Below are positions 9,928-19,056 of a DNA stretch of 64,000 nucleotides, piece by piece. Source of the stretch: a virus (taxonomy: Duplodnaviria > Caudoviricetes); IMG/VR virus record IMGVR_UViG_3300026184_000242, positions 380 through 64,379 of that record; one strand, given 5' to 3'. A program made the position numbers and the translations under genes. The notes beneath the pieces were generated by a model, which was not told the DNA's origin, made no database searches, and saw only the letters and a list, made by a program, of their open reading frames with translations. The stretch's first letter is position 1. The number at the start of each line of letters is the position of its first letter.

Positions 9928-9936
9928 GGCATCCTC

Positions 9937-10389
9937 CTATCTGGGCCGGATCTCCAGGACTATGGGTCCGGCAGACTTCTGCTGCTTGATTCGCTCCATC
10001 CGGTCCATAAACTCGTGGAAGGTGTCGCGGGAGTTCAGGACTGCCCACTTGCCTTCCACGAACCCAAGGCTGTCGCCCAAGGCGATACACCCCTGGACGT
10101 CGTCCACGACGTTGCCCGGGTGGAGCATGATGTATTTGCGGTTGACGACATGCTGGACGTGCCAGCCGCGCTTGAACTCGCCCCCGGAGGCCCGCCGGAC
10201 CACGCCGGACCACCGCATCCCCAGGGAGTACATGCCCACGGGGATCCGGGAGGTGTTCTGGTGGTTGTTCTGCCAGGGGCGCTCGATGGTGTAGCATTCC
10301 CAGTTGCCCACCTTCCCGGGCATCCGAAGGGTGCCGAAGGTCCCCCAGTTGGGGACTTCCGCGAAGTGCTGGATCAGTAGGCGCATCAT
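9937..10389 (-). CDS. DUF5675-family putative endolysin
   Basis: TFGTL...CYTIERPW..N...SRIPVGMY...IMLHPGN...GCIALG. Confidence 0.75.
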   Translation of the reverse strand: MMRLLIQHFAEVPNWGTFGTLRMPGKVGNWECYTIERPWQNNHQNTSRIPVGMYSLGMRWSGVVRRASGGEFKRGWHVQHVVNRKYIMLHPGNVVDDVQGCIALGDSLGFVEGKWAVLNSRDTFHEFMDRMERIKQQKSAGPIVLEIRPR

Positions 10390-10760
10390 TGCTTGCGATC
10401 CTCCAGGATCTGGCGGATCACCTTCACGTCCGTGCGCATCTTGTGGATCTTCTCCTGGGCGTCCTCCGCCTCCTGACGGATTTCCCGGCGCTTGCGGGCG
10501 TTCAGATTCTCCATTTGGTCGATCTCGTGGCGCAGGTTGTCGATCTGCGCCCGCATGTTCGTCTGCTGGGTCTGGATTTTGTCCTTAAACACGAGGAGCT
10601 GCACTACCCCTCCGATCCCACCCCAGACGATTCCGGGCACCACGGTTACCAGGAGGCCGATCAGGATTTTGCGCTTCGTGTCGGTGGTGAACGCCAACAA
10701 TAACCCCATTCCTGGGAGGGCCTGCGCTACTTCCAGTAATTTGTGGAACTGATCCAGCAT
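10386..10760 (-). CDS. Membrane protein with coiled coil (holin/antiholin-like)
   Basis: ATG at 10760; TM segment ILIGLLVTVVPGIVWGGIGG followed by heptad repeats. Confidence 0.5.
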   Translation of the reverse strand: MLDQFHKLLEVAQALPGMGLLLAFTTDTKRKILIGLLVTVVPGIVWGGIGGVVQLLVFKDKIQTQQTNMRAQIDNLRHEIDQMENLNARKRREIRQEAEDAQEKIHKMRTDVKVIRQILEDRKQ

Positions 10761-10768
10761 GGCCGCTC

Positions 10769-11398
10769 TCATATCCACGGGCGCATCTGGGCCTGGGTAT
10801 TGGCGCGGCGGGTGTTGAAGGCGTTGCGCTTCGCCTCGGTCAGCTTGGCCAGGTATTCGCGCAGCTTCTCCTGGGCCATGTCCGGATTGGACCATGGCTG
10901 ACCGGAAACCCGCATGAGCCGATATTTGGCCCGGAGGAGGATGGCGTCCCGGTAGTGGGTGGCAATCCAGTCCGGAATATCCGAACTGTCGGTTGTGGGC
11001 ACAAGGGAAACCAGGAAGTAGAGGGTCTTGGTTTCGTTTGCCGTGGGTTCCGGCCAGATCAGGAAGCCATCGTCGTCCATAGCCGGAGCGAAATTCCGGG
11101 GCGGGCCGGTCCCCGCCTTGCGGAAAAGGTCCTCGTAGTTGGCGTCATAGACCGGCCGCTGGTCGTACCAGCATTGCTCATAGTTGTCGATCCGCGTCCC
11201 CGACGGGATAGACAGGTCCGAGCTGGGATACTGGGACTGGCCGGCGGTGAGCGTCATGGACAGGGTGGTGCGGTAAAGCCCCGAGTCCTTGAGCAGGTCG
11301 ATGGCGGCGTAGCGCACCTCGTGCTCCACGTAGAAGATCGGGGCGTCCTGCACTTCGTCCAACACGCCCGGGGCCAGGGACTGGTAGGTGGTCGCCAT
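10769..11398 (-). CDS. Head-tail adaptor / tail tubular A-like protein
   Basis: 209 aa; GPPRNF...LIWPEP...IPDW...GQPWSNP. Confidence 0.6.
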   Translation of the reverse strand: MATTYQSLAPGVLDEVQDAPIFYVEHEVRYAAIDLLKDSGLYRTTLSMTLTAGQSQYPSSDLSIPSGTRIDNYEQCWYDQRPVYDANYEDLFRKAGTGPPRNFAPAMDDDGFLIWPEPTANETKTLYFLVSLVPTTDSSDIPDWIATHYRDAILLRAKYRLMRVSGQPWSNPDMAQEKLREYLAKLTEAKRNAFNTRRANTQAQMRPWI

Positions 11399-12123
11399 CA
11401 GCCACCCCCACCACCCTGGGCCCGCTCCCGGGTGTCCATGGAGGCACCGGGGATGGTGAACAGGTCCGTGTTGCCCTTGATTCCCAGGCTCTGCGAGAAC
11501 GCCTTGTAGTGGGCGTTGGCGAGTTGGGCGCTGCCGAAGTCCGCATCCTTGGAGTAGGCGCGGTACAAAACGTAATCCAGGAGGGCGTTGGCGTAGACGT
11601 CGTCCAGCGAAATGCTGTCCGAAAGGGTGACGTCCTGCGGGGAGCTGGAGTAAAGAAGCTCCACGTAATTGGTCCCGGTGCCCGGTTGCGGCGGGTAGAC
11701 ATAGAACGTCTTGGGATCCCGCTCGTCGTGCATGAAGTGCATGGCCTCGGCGGCCGTCTGACCGGAATGCCAGTCGGGAACCTGGTAGTCGATGATCTTG
11801 CGCTCGATCACCGTGACCGACCGGCCCGGGGTGGAACCACCGGTCCCCATATTCCGCACCACGTCGATCAGCCGGATGCCTGCCCCGATGTTGGTCCCGG
11901 AGTTGTCCGGGTCGCTGGCCAGGTCGTTGAAATTCTGCTTGGACCCGGACACCAGCCGCACCGTCTCGTTGTCGGCGTGGGCGGAGGGGTCCAGCAGGAC
12001 CGTCTCCCGCTGGCCGTCGTTGAGCCAGTCCAGAAGCTCGCTCTCGGGCCAGCGAACGCTGGTGGTGTCCTGGAGGATCACCCCGGCGCGGTCCACGATT
12101 TGCTGGGCCTTGATGGTACTCAT
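11398..12123 (-). CDS. Head-tail adaptor (DUF6682-like)
   Basis: RWPESELLDWLNDGQRE...FYVYPP...LLDYVLYRAYSKDAD. Confidence 0.7.
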   Translation of the reverse strand: MSTIKAQQIVDRAGVILQDTTSVRWPESELLDWLNDGQRETVLLDPSAHADNETVRLVSGSKQNFNDLASDPDNSGTNIGAGIRLIDVVRNMGTGGSTPGRSVTVIERKIIDYQVPDWHSGQTAAEAMHFMHDERDPKTFYVYPPQPGTGTNYVELLYSSSPQDVTLSDSISLDDVYANALLDYVLYRAYSKDADFGSAQLANAHYKAFSQSLGIKGNTDLFTIPGASMDTRERAQGGGGG

Positions 12124-12134
12124 GGGTTCGCCCC

Positions 12135-12485
12135 TTATTCGTTAAGAGCCAACGCCTCCTGGGGCGTCATGCCCTTCTCCATGGCCTCTACCTGGCGCAC
12201 CAGGGTTTCCTTGCGGTGCCGCTTGTCCAGCTCCGCGCCGTAGTTGCGGCGGGCATAAGCCTCCAGCATGTCCTTGGTCATGTTGTCGAAGTTGCTGGGG
12301 CTCGGACCCTCCAGGGCCTGTTCCGGCGTACTCTCCTGGACAGCCGCCTGTTGGTCCTCGGCCAGGTAGCCGTTGACCACCTTGCGCGGATCCGCCTGGA
12401 CCACCCGGAAGTCCCCCCGCTCCGCGAGCACGAGGGAGTAGGGGTAGAGATAGCCGTCGTCAATCTTCTGGCAGTAGCGAGCCAT
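12135..12485 (-). CDS. Hypothetical head-region protein
   Basis: 116 aa; C-terminal MTKDMLEAYAR...LDKR...ETL (Rho-N/HeH-like). Confidence 0.55.
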   Translation of the reverse strand: MARYCQKIDDGYLYPYSLVLAERGDFRVVQADPRKVVNGYLAEDQQAAVQESTPEQALEGPSPSNFDNMTKDMLEAYARRNYGAELDKRHRKETLVRQVEAMEKGMTPQEALALNE

Positions 12486-12542
12486 ATCCTTGCCTTATTG
12501 GGAGGGCCCCCGCTGGGGGCCCTGTCCGTGATTCCCGGGGCC

Positions 12543-12959
12543 TTAGCCGTCCGGATTCAGGTCGGCCACCAGGGCAGCCACCTCGATCCGCGCCTTGCTT
12601 GCAGCGTTGTTGACGTGGACCCGAATGTCGTCGGCGGCGGTGCCGCTGGTCACCGTGGTGTCGATGGCCTCGGTACTGGTGGCGTTGCCGTCCAGCCCGT
12701 TATGCCACCGGGTGTTGGAGCCGGAATCCCCCACGTCGAAGGTCATGGTGGCCCCTTCGGCCTCCAGGACCTGCGCCCGTACGGACATGACGTGGTGGTT
12801 GGCCGGCAGGTTGAGCACCTGGGCCGAATCCCCGCTGGCCAGGCCGCTGCCTGCGTTGGCCTCGGCGCAGTCCAGGACGGTGCGCATCACGAAAACGTGC
12901 CCCATCCGGTTCGAGGGGAAGCCGATGGTGCCGCCCTTGGTTTCGTCGTAAACCGCCAT
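12543..12959 (-). CDS. Capsid decoration / cement protein
   Basis: 138 aa, directly downstream of the major capsid gene. Confidence 0.55.
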   Translation of the reverse strand: MAVYDETKGGTIGFPSNRMGHVFVMRTVLDCAEANAGSGLASGDSAQVLNLPANHHVMSVRAQVLEAEGATMTFDVGDSGSNTRWHNGLDGNATSTEAIDTTVTSGTAADDIRVHVNNAASKARIEVAALVADLNPDG

Positions 12960-13018
12960 TTCAGTCTCCTATTCGCTTGGGGTGGGCCCCGTTACCGGGG
13001 CCCGGTCAATGCCTGGGG

Positions 13019-13945
13019 TCAGCCCTTCTTGGCGTAGAAGTGGCCGATGGCCTCCGGCTTCACCACCTTGTAGCCATACACGTGGAGGCCCCGGTACTTG
13101 TCCCCGAAGGTGAACTCGGAGCGCATGGGGCCCTCGTTCCGGACAAGCTGGGAGGCGAAGGTAATCGCCGTCTGGTGACCGAACATCATGTTGGTCACCA
13201 TGCTCCCGCCGTCGGTGGAGTGGGCCAGGCTGTTGGAGCTGTAGATCGTGAAGCGGTCGATCTGTCCCAGGCGGCCGTTGCGAACGATGGAGGTGCCATC
13301 CCCAGCCAGGCTTGCGTCCTGGAGATCGGACTTCTTGATCATGGCGCAAGCCCAGGGCGGCATAACCACCCAGCGGTTGGACTCGGGGACGTTCTGCTCG
13401 TCGAGCACCACGCCCATGTCCACCAGGTAGTCCACGATGTTGGACTTATCCAGGGAGACGGGGGCCCCGGTGGAGCCCAGGTCGATGGAGCTGGAGATCG
13501 CCCCAGCCGAGGACCCCTTGTTCGCGGCAGCCACGTCGGCGTAGACGTTGGCCAGGAGGTCGGAGTCAATCTTGATCTTGAGCTGCTCCGAGGCGTCCTG
13601 GGTCCAGTCCTCCACGTAATCGTAGTCGGACTGGTACTTGTCCACGTCGTCGGACGTGAAGGCCCAATACTTGCCCTGGTCGATGGTCAGATCCACCAGA
13701 TCGGGCTCGGGGTTCTCGTAGTCGAGCTGCTGCCCCTTGGAGTAGTCCTTGATGGTAATGCTGGGGGTCGTCCGAATGTGGACGGTATCGCCCATATCGG
13801 AGATTTCACCCTCGTAGTCCGTATTGGCGATTTCCCCGAACACGGTTGCCTTGTAGAACTTCACGAGGATTTTTCCCGACCAAATCTCAGGGATCATCAC
13901 ACCAGAATGGTCGGGATGGCCTGCACTCACAGGATAAACAGCCAT
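13019..13945 (-). CDS. Major capsid protein (P22-coat-like HK97 fold)
   Basis: IPEIWSGK...NTDYEGEI..GDTVHI...FGDKYRGLHVYGYKVVKPEA; follows the scaffold gene. Confidence 0.88.
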   Translation of the reverse strand: MAVYPVSAGHPDHSGVMIPEIWSGKILVKFYKATVFGEIANTDYEGEISDMGDTVHIRTTPSITIKDYSKGQQLDYENPEPDLVDLTIDQGKYWAFTSDDVDKYQSDYDYVEDWTQDASEQLKIKIDSDLLANVYADVAAANKGSSAGAISSSIDLGSTGAPVSLDKSNIVDYLVDMGVVLDEQNVPESNRWVVMPPWACAMIKKSDLQDASLAGDGTSIVRNGRLGQIDRFTIYSSNSLAHSTDGGSMVTNMMFGHQTAITFASQLVRNEGPMRSEFTFGDKYRGLHVYGYKVVKPEAIGHFYAKKG

Positions 13946-13995
13946 TTTGCGTTCCTTCTGCTTCTAGGTTTTTGATTTCCCGCGAGCCACGGCAC

Positions 13996-14018
13996 AAAAA
14001 AACCGCCCATTCGGGCGG
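13996..14018 (-). terminator. Intrinsic terminator between scaffold and capsid genes
   Basis: CCGCCC-GAAT-GGGCGG followed by T7 on the minus strand. Confidence 0.65.
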
Positions 14019-14044
14019 CCCCTCTCGACATTACCGTTGACGGT

Positions 14045-15121
14045 TTAGGACACGGTGCCGTTGTTTTGGGCTTCGCGGATCGCACTTTCGTGTTGCGCAA
14101 ACTCCTGATCCGTCATGCGTCCCAGCGCGTAATCCCGGTACACCTGCGCAATGCGGTCCCGGGTGTAGTGCGGGGGCTGGTTCGGCGCTTCGCCGGCCCG
14201 GGTTTCACCGGGGGCGATTTTGCGCTCCAGCTCCTGCTGGCGCTCCTGCGAACGGCGCTCCTTCTCTGCTTCCGGGTTCGGCTGATTGCTTTCCTGGTGC
14301 GAAGGCGGAGCCTGCCCGGTGGAAGCCTTGTAGGAAGTGAAGAACTGCGCCGCCCGATTGGCGTCCAGGTCCTGCCGGGCCTGGTTGAGTAACTGGATCA
14401 TGGGCTGTCCGGAAAGCGGCTCGACCTGCTGGAGCCACTGGATGAAGCCCGGATCCTCATTAAGCCGCTGCCAATCAGGAACCTCCCTCGCCAGCGCCTC
14501 GAAGAACTCCTGCTCCTGGTCCCGTTCCCGGCTCTGGGCCACGTCCTGCACCTGCGTCTTGAGCTGGGCCAGTTCGTCGGCAAGCGTCTGGTTCCGCTGC
14601 TGCATGGTGCTCAGGAGGTTCTCCTGATCACGGAACGGCTTGACGAACTCGGGCCCGTAGGTGTTCTCCAGGACCTGTAGGGACTCCTCCAGGTTGGAGG
14701 TGTCCAGGTTCGGGGCTTCGGTCGGCGTCTGGGATTCCTGCTCACGGTCGCCCTTGAGCTGCTCCATCTGCTCCTGGAGGTCCTGCATCTGCTGACGGGA
14801 CTGCTGGAGCTGCTGGTGGAGCTGCGGGACCTCGGACTGGTATTTGCCCTCCATGACCTCGAAGCGCCGCTTCCAATACTCGGCGTCCGTTTCCTGGGAG
14901 GGCGTCTCTACCGGCGTAGACGGCGTAGACGGCGTACCAGCCTCCGGCGTTGCCGTTGCTTCTGCCGGGGTGGCCGGGGTCTGCTCCGTGGGCGTTGCGC
15001 TGGGCGGAGTTTGGTTCTCCTCTGCGGTTGGGGTTTCATGCTGCGCGTCGGCCTCCGTCCACTTTTTCATCAGCTCGTCGGCACGTTCGGCCTGTCGGCG
15101 CACCTGCTCGGGAATAGCCAT
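14045..15121 (-). CDS. Capsid scaffolding protein
   Basis: 358 aa, acidic and coiled-coil, VPDWQRLNEDPGFIQWL; lies between portal and capsid genes. Confidence 0.75.
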   Translation of the reverse strand: MAIPEQVRRQAERADELMKKWTEADAQHETPTAEENQTPPSATPTEQTPATPAEATATPEAGTPSTPSTPVETPSQETDAEYWKRRFEVMEGKYQSEVPQLHQQLQQSRQQMQDLQEQMEQLKGDREQESQTPTEAPNLDTSNLEESLQVLENTYGPEFVKPFRDQENLLSTMQQRNQTLADELAQLKTQVQDVAQSRERDQEQEFFEALAREVPDWQRLNEDPGFIQWLQQVEPLSGQPMIQLLNQARQDLDANRAAQFFTSYKASTGQAPPSHQESNQPNPEAEKERRSQERQQELERKIAPGETRAGEAPNQPPHYTRDRIAQVYRDYALGRMTDQEFAQHESAIREAQNNGTVS

Positions 15122-15272
15122 TCAAACGTCCTTCCTGCTTTGCCGGGATTCACAGCACAAACGCCCCCATTCCCGAGCCGGCGGAGCGGGATTCGGGCGG
15201 GGGTTGGTTCGCGTTATGAGCCGGGGGTCAGGGTAGATATACCGGTCGGGAGCCGGCGCTGCGGGATTCCCG

Positions 15273-15515
15273 TTACCGGCTGCGATACCGCTGGAGGATC
15301 TCTCCAGCCTGCTCCTTGTGCTCCAGGAGCGATTTCAGGGCCCAAAGGGCCCCCTGGTTCCGGCGGAACGACGTCTCCTCCTGGATGCTGTCGTTCTGCT
15401 CACGGATCTGCTGGATGGAGTCGTTCAGCCACTCCACCACCACCTTGAAGTCCCCGTTGGCCTGGAGGCGCTTGAGGGCTTCCGCCTGGCGTTCGGTGGG
15501 CTTGGCCAGTTTCAT
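15273..15515 (-). CDS. Small head-assembly protein (Bbp19-like)
   Basis: 80 aa with RRNQG motif, between portal and scaffold. Confidence 0.55.
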   Translation of the reverse strand: MKLAKPTERQAEALKRLQANGDFKVVVEWLNDSIQQIREQNDSIQEETSFRRNQGALWALKSLLEHKEQAGEILQRYRSR

Positions 15516-15817
15516 GCGCTAGTCACCAGGGTGACCGTCACCATCTCCCCGTTACCCGATGTGTTGGTCAGGTTGGCCCGCACGTAGGCGAAGGGGGCCG
15601 CGTCCGTGAAGGTGTCGGCTCCGTTGCTGGTGGTGATGTTGTTGAACGTGTGGAGGCTCACCCACGGGCCGTCCCGGAGGTTGGAAACCTCGATGTCCAC
15701 GTCCACGTTCGGGCTGGTGGTGCCGTCCACGTAGAGGTGGAAGGCGCGGTGGGCCTCCTCGGTGCGGACCGCGTTCCCGGGGCCCACCGCCGTGGCCTGA
15801 TCTAGTAGGTAGAACAT
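15512..15817 (-). CDS. Small virion protein
   Basis: 101 aa beta-sandwich-like (IEVSN...WV...YVRANL). Confidence 0.5.
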   Translation of the reverse strand: MFYLLDQATAVGPGNAVRTEEAHRAFHLYVDGTTSPNVDVDIEVSNLRDGPWVSLHTFNNITTSNGADTFTDAAPFAYVRANLTNTSGNGEMVTVTLVTSA

Positions 15818-15820
15818 CGT

Positions 15821-17935
15821 TTACCCCTGCTGGTGCTCGGGCCCGCCAGCCGGCGAACCATCTGGGTTGGTTTTCTGCGGCGCGGCCTGGCTCGGCCCCT
15901 GCTGACCCGGTGCCTCCTGGCCCGTGCCCTGGCCGGGCGGGACCTGCTGGCCCTGGGCCATGGCCATGCGCCGTTGAATGGCCTCCTCGCGGCGGATCTC
16001 GTCGGGATCGGGGACTACTTCGTCCACGTCCACGTTGAGGTGTTTGGCGGCCTCGCGCAGGAGGGCGGCGCGTCCGGCGCGTCCGATGATGCTCATGTCG
16101 AACTCGTTGGTGGTCGCCTTGAGGAACTCGTTGCGCCGCGTGTTCTCCTGCTCGCGGGCCACCAGGGACTGGCTGCCCTGCGCCTGGACGGACAGGTCGC
16201 CCTTAATGGACTCGTCGTCCAGGTACAGCATGTTGTGCAGATACTGGCGGAACACCGTGGTTTCCACCAGGCCCACGTCGATATGGGCGATCACCCGGCG
16301 GATGCCCTTGGACGTCTGCTGGAGGAGCATATGGAGCCCGGAGGCCGTGTCGGCGGCTCCGCCCATGTCGGACTGGCCGTAGGCGTAGGCCGGGATCCCC
16401 GTGTAGTCGTCGGCCAGGCGGGCGTAGTAGTCGTAGATCGACATAAGCTCCTTGGCCAGGGAGTTGGGCTGGAAGAACTCCACCGGGGGGCGGTGGCTGC
16501 TGGCCACGGCGCTGTCGCCCTCGAACTGCCAGACCTTCCATGGATACAGTGCTGTCACCTGCTCGCCGGCCGGGATCCGGTTAATGTCGTTGATCGCAAC
16601 CTGGGGCCCGGACGCTATGCCCATGTTGTTGGCAAGGGCGCGGGCGGCGGCGTTGCACATGGCCTGGGTGTCGCGCATCAGCTCCGAGACGCCCTTCCCC
16701 CAGAAGGCCCCGGGGATCACCTCGTAGCTGGCCTTGGACAGGGGCCGGGCCGGAACCGGGTCGTCCGCCACCACCGCCTTGATCACCCAGGAGCCGATCA
16801 GCCAGGCCTCCACCTCGTACTGCCGGGAGGGGTTTTCCACCTTCAAGCCCCACTCGGCCAGGTCCTGTCCGGAGGCGGGGCCGAAATACTGGAGCGCCTC
16901 GATCTTGTCCGAGTTCTGGTAGTAGAAGCCCTGGTCCCGCTCCTCGATCTCGCGGCGCTGCTGGTCGATGGCCACGTATTCGTGGTAGCCCTTGTTGTTG
17001 TACTCCTCCAGCACCGCGCGGATGGCCTCGTCGTCGTATCCCTCCACCCCGATCATGGCCTCCAGGTCATGGCGGGACAGCCGGTGGCGGCGGAACAGGT
17101 AGGAGTCGTCCACGTCCACGGCGTCGGGGGCCGGGTAGATGTCGAAGGGGGAGACGCGCTCATACTCCAGGGTGTGCTCCTCCTCGACCTTCGGCTGGTA
17201 ACCACCAGGGCCCTGCTCCCAGCGGAGCTTGCGCTTGCGGCGCACGATAGGCCCGGCGACAAAGCCGGCCTTCGAGGTCACCACGTCCGAAATGGCTTCG
17301 TCCATGGCCGCCCGCCACTTCCCCTCCAGGAACTGGTCCGCGATGGTGTGCTCCATGCGCTGGGCAATCTCCTGGGCCTGGTCCTTGACCTCCTTCTCGA
17401 TCTCCTGACGGACCTCCTGGGCTCGTTCGTGGATCTGCTGGGGGGTCATAGGGGCCCCCATCATTTCCTCTTGCTGGGCGGCCTCCATGCCCACCTGATG
17501 GCCGATCCGCTGCTCCATGTCCGGGGGCAGCTCCGGCTCCGGGGACGGCTTCAAGGACCACGGGTTGGCGTCGGCCGGCAGCATGACGTCCCGGATCCAG
17601 GCCTCGGCGGCCCGGCACTTCACCGACGTCAGCATCATGTAGATTTCCGAGCCGCCCTGCTTCCGGATCTCCGCCAGCTTGTCCGGGTCGTACTCCCCGT
17701 TGCGCTGGCGGTAGTCCCGGAGCATTTCCTGCTCGATCTCGCGCTTGGCGTTCTTGGCCGTCTCCCACTTGCGCCGCATTTCCCCAGCCAGGGCCAGGAT
17801 ATGGGGCTGGGACTGGCGCTGCTCGGCCAGCTCGCGCTCGGAGCGCCGGGCCTCCAGCTCGTCGTTGGGGACCAAGCGCATATAGCTGATGGAGGCACCG
17901 CCGGTCTGGTTGTTCTGGGGCGTCATTGCGGTCAT
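15821..17935 (-). CDS. Portal protein
   Basis: 704 aa; VSPFDIYPAP, GAFWGKGV, IASGPQV, ADDYTGIPAY...TASGLHML. Confidence 0.88.
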   Translation of the reverse strand: MTAMTPQNNQTGGASISYMRLVPNDELEARRSERELAEQRQSQPHILALAGEMRRKWETAKNAKREIEQEMLRDYRQRNGEYDPDKLAEIRKQGGSEIYMMLTSVKCRAAEAWIRDVMLPADANPWSLKPSPEPELPPDMEQRIGHQVGMEAAQQEEMMGAPMTPQQIHERAQEVRQEIEKEVKDQAQEIAQRMEHTIADQFLEGKWRAAMDEAISDVVTSKAGFVAGPIVRRKRKLRWEQGPGGYQPKVEEEHTLEYERVSPFDIYPAPDAVDVDDSYLFRRHRLSRHDLEAMIGVEGYDDEAIRAVLEEYNNKGYHEYVAIDQQRREIEERDQGFYYQNSDKIEALQYFGPASGQDLAEWGLKVENPSRQYEVEAWLIGSWVIKAVVADDPVPARPLSKASYEVIPGAFWGKGVSELMRDTQAMCNAAARALANNMGIASGPQVAINDINRIPAGEQVTALYPWKVWQFEGDSAVASSHRPPVEFFQPNSLAKELMSIYDYYARLADDYTGIPAYAYGQSDMGGAADTASGLHMLLQQTSKGIRRVIAHIDVGLVETTVFRQYLHNMLYLDDESIKGDLSVQAQGSQSLVAREQENTRRNEFLKATTNEFDMSIIGRAGRAALLREAAKHLNVDVDEVVPDPDEIRREEAIQRRMAMAQGQQVPPGQGTGQEAPGQQGPSQAAPQKTNPDGSPAGGPEHQQG

Positions 17936-17945
17936 GGCGAATCCC

Positions 17946-18263
17946 TTACTGCGTTAGGCGGTGCAGGGCCTTGGAAATAGAGTCGTGGCGGTGATCTTCG
18001 AGCCGGTCCCGGACGTCCACCAGGAGGTTCTCCAGGTAGGGCCGGCCCTTGCGGATCAGGGTGGGGACGTCCAGCTCCACCTCCACCAGCTTGTCGTCCC
18101 ACGACACCAGCCGGTATTTGATCCGGCCCTCGCGGGTGTTCTTGCCCACCAGGACCTCGATCCCCTTGGCGTTCTCGCGGGGCAGCTTGCCGGTGGCGGC
18201 GAAAACCGACAGGGCATCCACCATCTGCCGGTTCAGCTCGGAGACGTCGATCTCGGTTTTCAA
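17946..18263 (-). CDS. Hypothetical protein
   Basis: TTG start overlapping the upstream stop; tightly packed operon. Confidence 0.5.
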   Translation of the reverse strand: MKTEIDVSELNRQMVDALSVFAATGKLPRENAKGIEVLVGKNTREGRIKYRLVSWDDKLVEVELDVPTLIRKGRPYLENLLVDVRDRLEDHRHDSISKALHRLTQ

Positions 18264-18481
18264 TGCAGCTCCCCCAAGTCCTCGTCGTCCTCCTCCCCCA
18301 GGAACTCGAAAAGCTCCCCCATGCAGATCCGGAGGCCATCCTGGGTAATGTCGGAGTACAGCACGGTGGACACCCCCAGGCCATCCACCTCCAGGCGCAC
18401 CTCCCATCCTTCCTCGAACGGGATCACCTGGGGCTGCGGGAACTCCCGGGCAAAGGTCTGACGGATCTCGTCGGTGGTCAC
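18260..18481 (-). CDS. Hypothetical acidic protein
   Basis: 73 aa, coupled to neighbours. Confidence 0.5.
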   Translation of the reverse strand: MTTDEIRQTFAREFPQPQVIPFEEGWEVRLEVDGLGVSTVLYSDITQDGLRICMGELFEFLGEEDDEDLGELH

Positions 18482-18669
18482 TTTTTCTTTCCCTCGTTCG
18501 CCATGGCCTTGCGGGCGTGTTGGGCCCCCTTGGACGTCAGCTCCAGGTGCTTACCGTTCTGCTTCATCCAGCCCCGGTCCTTGGCGATGGCGATGGCCTC
18601 GGACTTGGACATGCGCTTGCCGCCGCTGCGGATGGCGCGGAGCAGGGCTTCCTCCCCCTTGTCGCTCAT
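18478..18669 (-). CDS. Hypothetical basic protein
   Basis: ATG at 18669 with AGGAG RBS (MSDKGEEALLRAIR...). Confidence 0.5.
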   Translation of the reverse strand: MSDKGEEALLRAIRSGGKRMSKSEAIAIAKDRGWMKQNGKHLELTSKGAQHARKAMANEGKKK

Positions 18670-18840
18670 GGTCAGCTCCTGTAGGTGCGGGGCGGGATCA
18701 CCCGCGCCGGCTTCTTGCAGTAAGGGCAGGCCAGATACCGGTCGGTCTTGCGCACTACCCAGGTCGCCCTCCACTGACAGTGGGGGCAGACCAGGGCCCG
18801 GACCGTCCATTGGTTTGACGACGGGGCCGTTTCTGGCATG

Positions 18841-19056
18841 TCACTGTTCCCTGGCGAACCCGGCCTGCATGAGTTCCACCACGCTCTGGAAGTCCTCGGT
18901 GGTCATGGAGGGCAGCTCCTCCGGATCGACCCACCACTTGGCCACCTTGGTGGACCCGGTCGGATGCACCAGGAAGCGGACCCGGCCCTGCTGGAACCAA
19001 AACCAGGATTGCCCGAAGGTTGTGCGCAGAATCTCGTTGGCTTGTTGGGCGTCCAT
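18841..19056 (-). CDS. Hypothetical protein
   Basis: ATG overlaps the terL TAA. Confidence 0.5.
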   Translation of the reverse strand: MDAQQANEILRTTFGQSWFWFQQGRVRFLVHPTGSTKVAKWWVDPEELPSMTTEDFQSVVELMQAGFAREQ

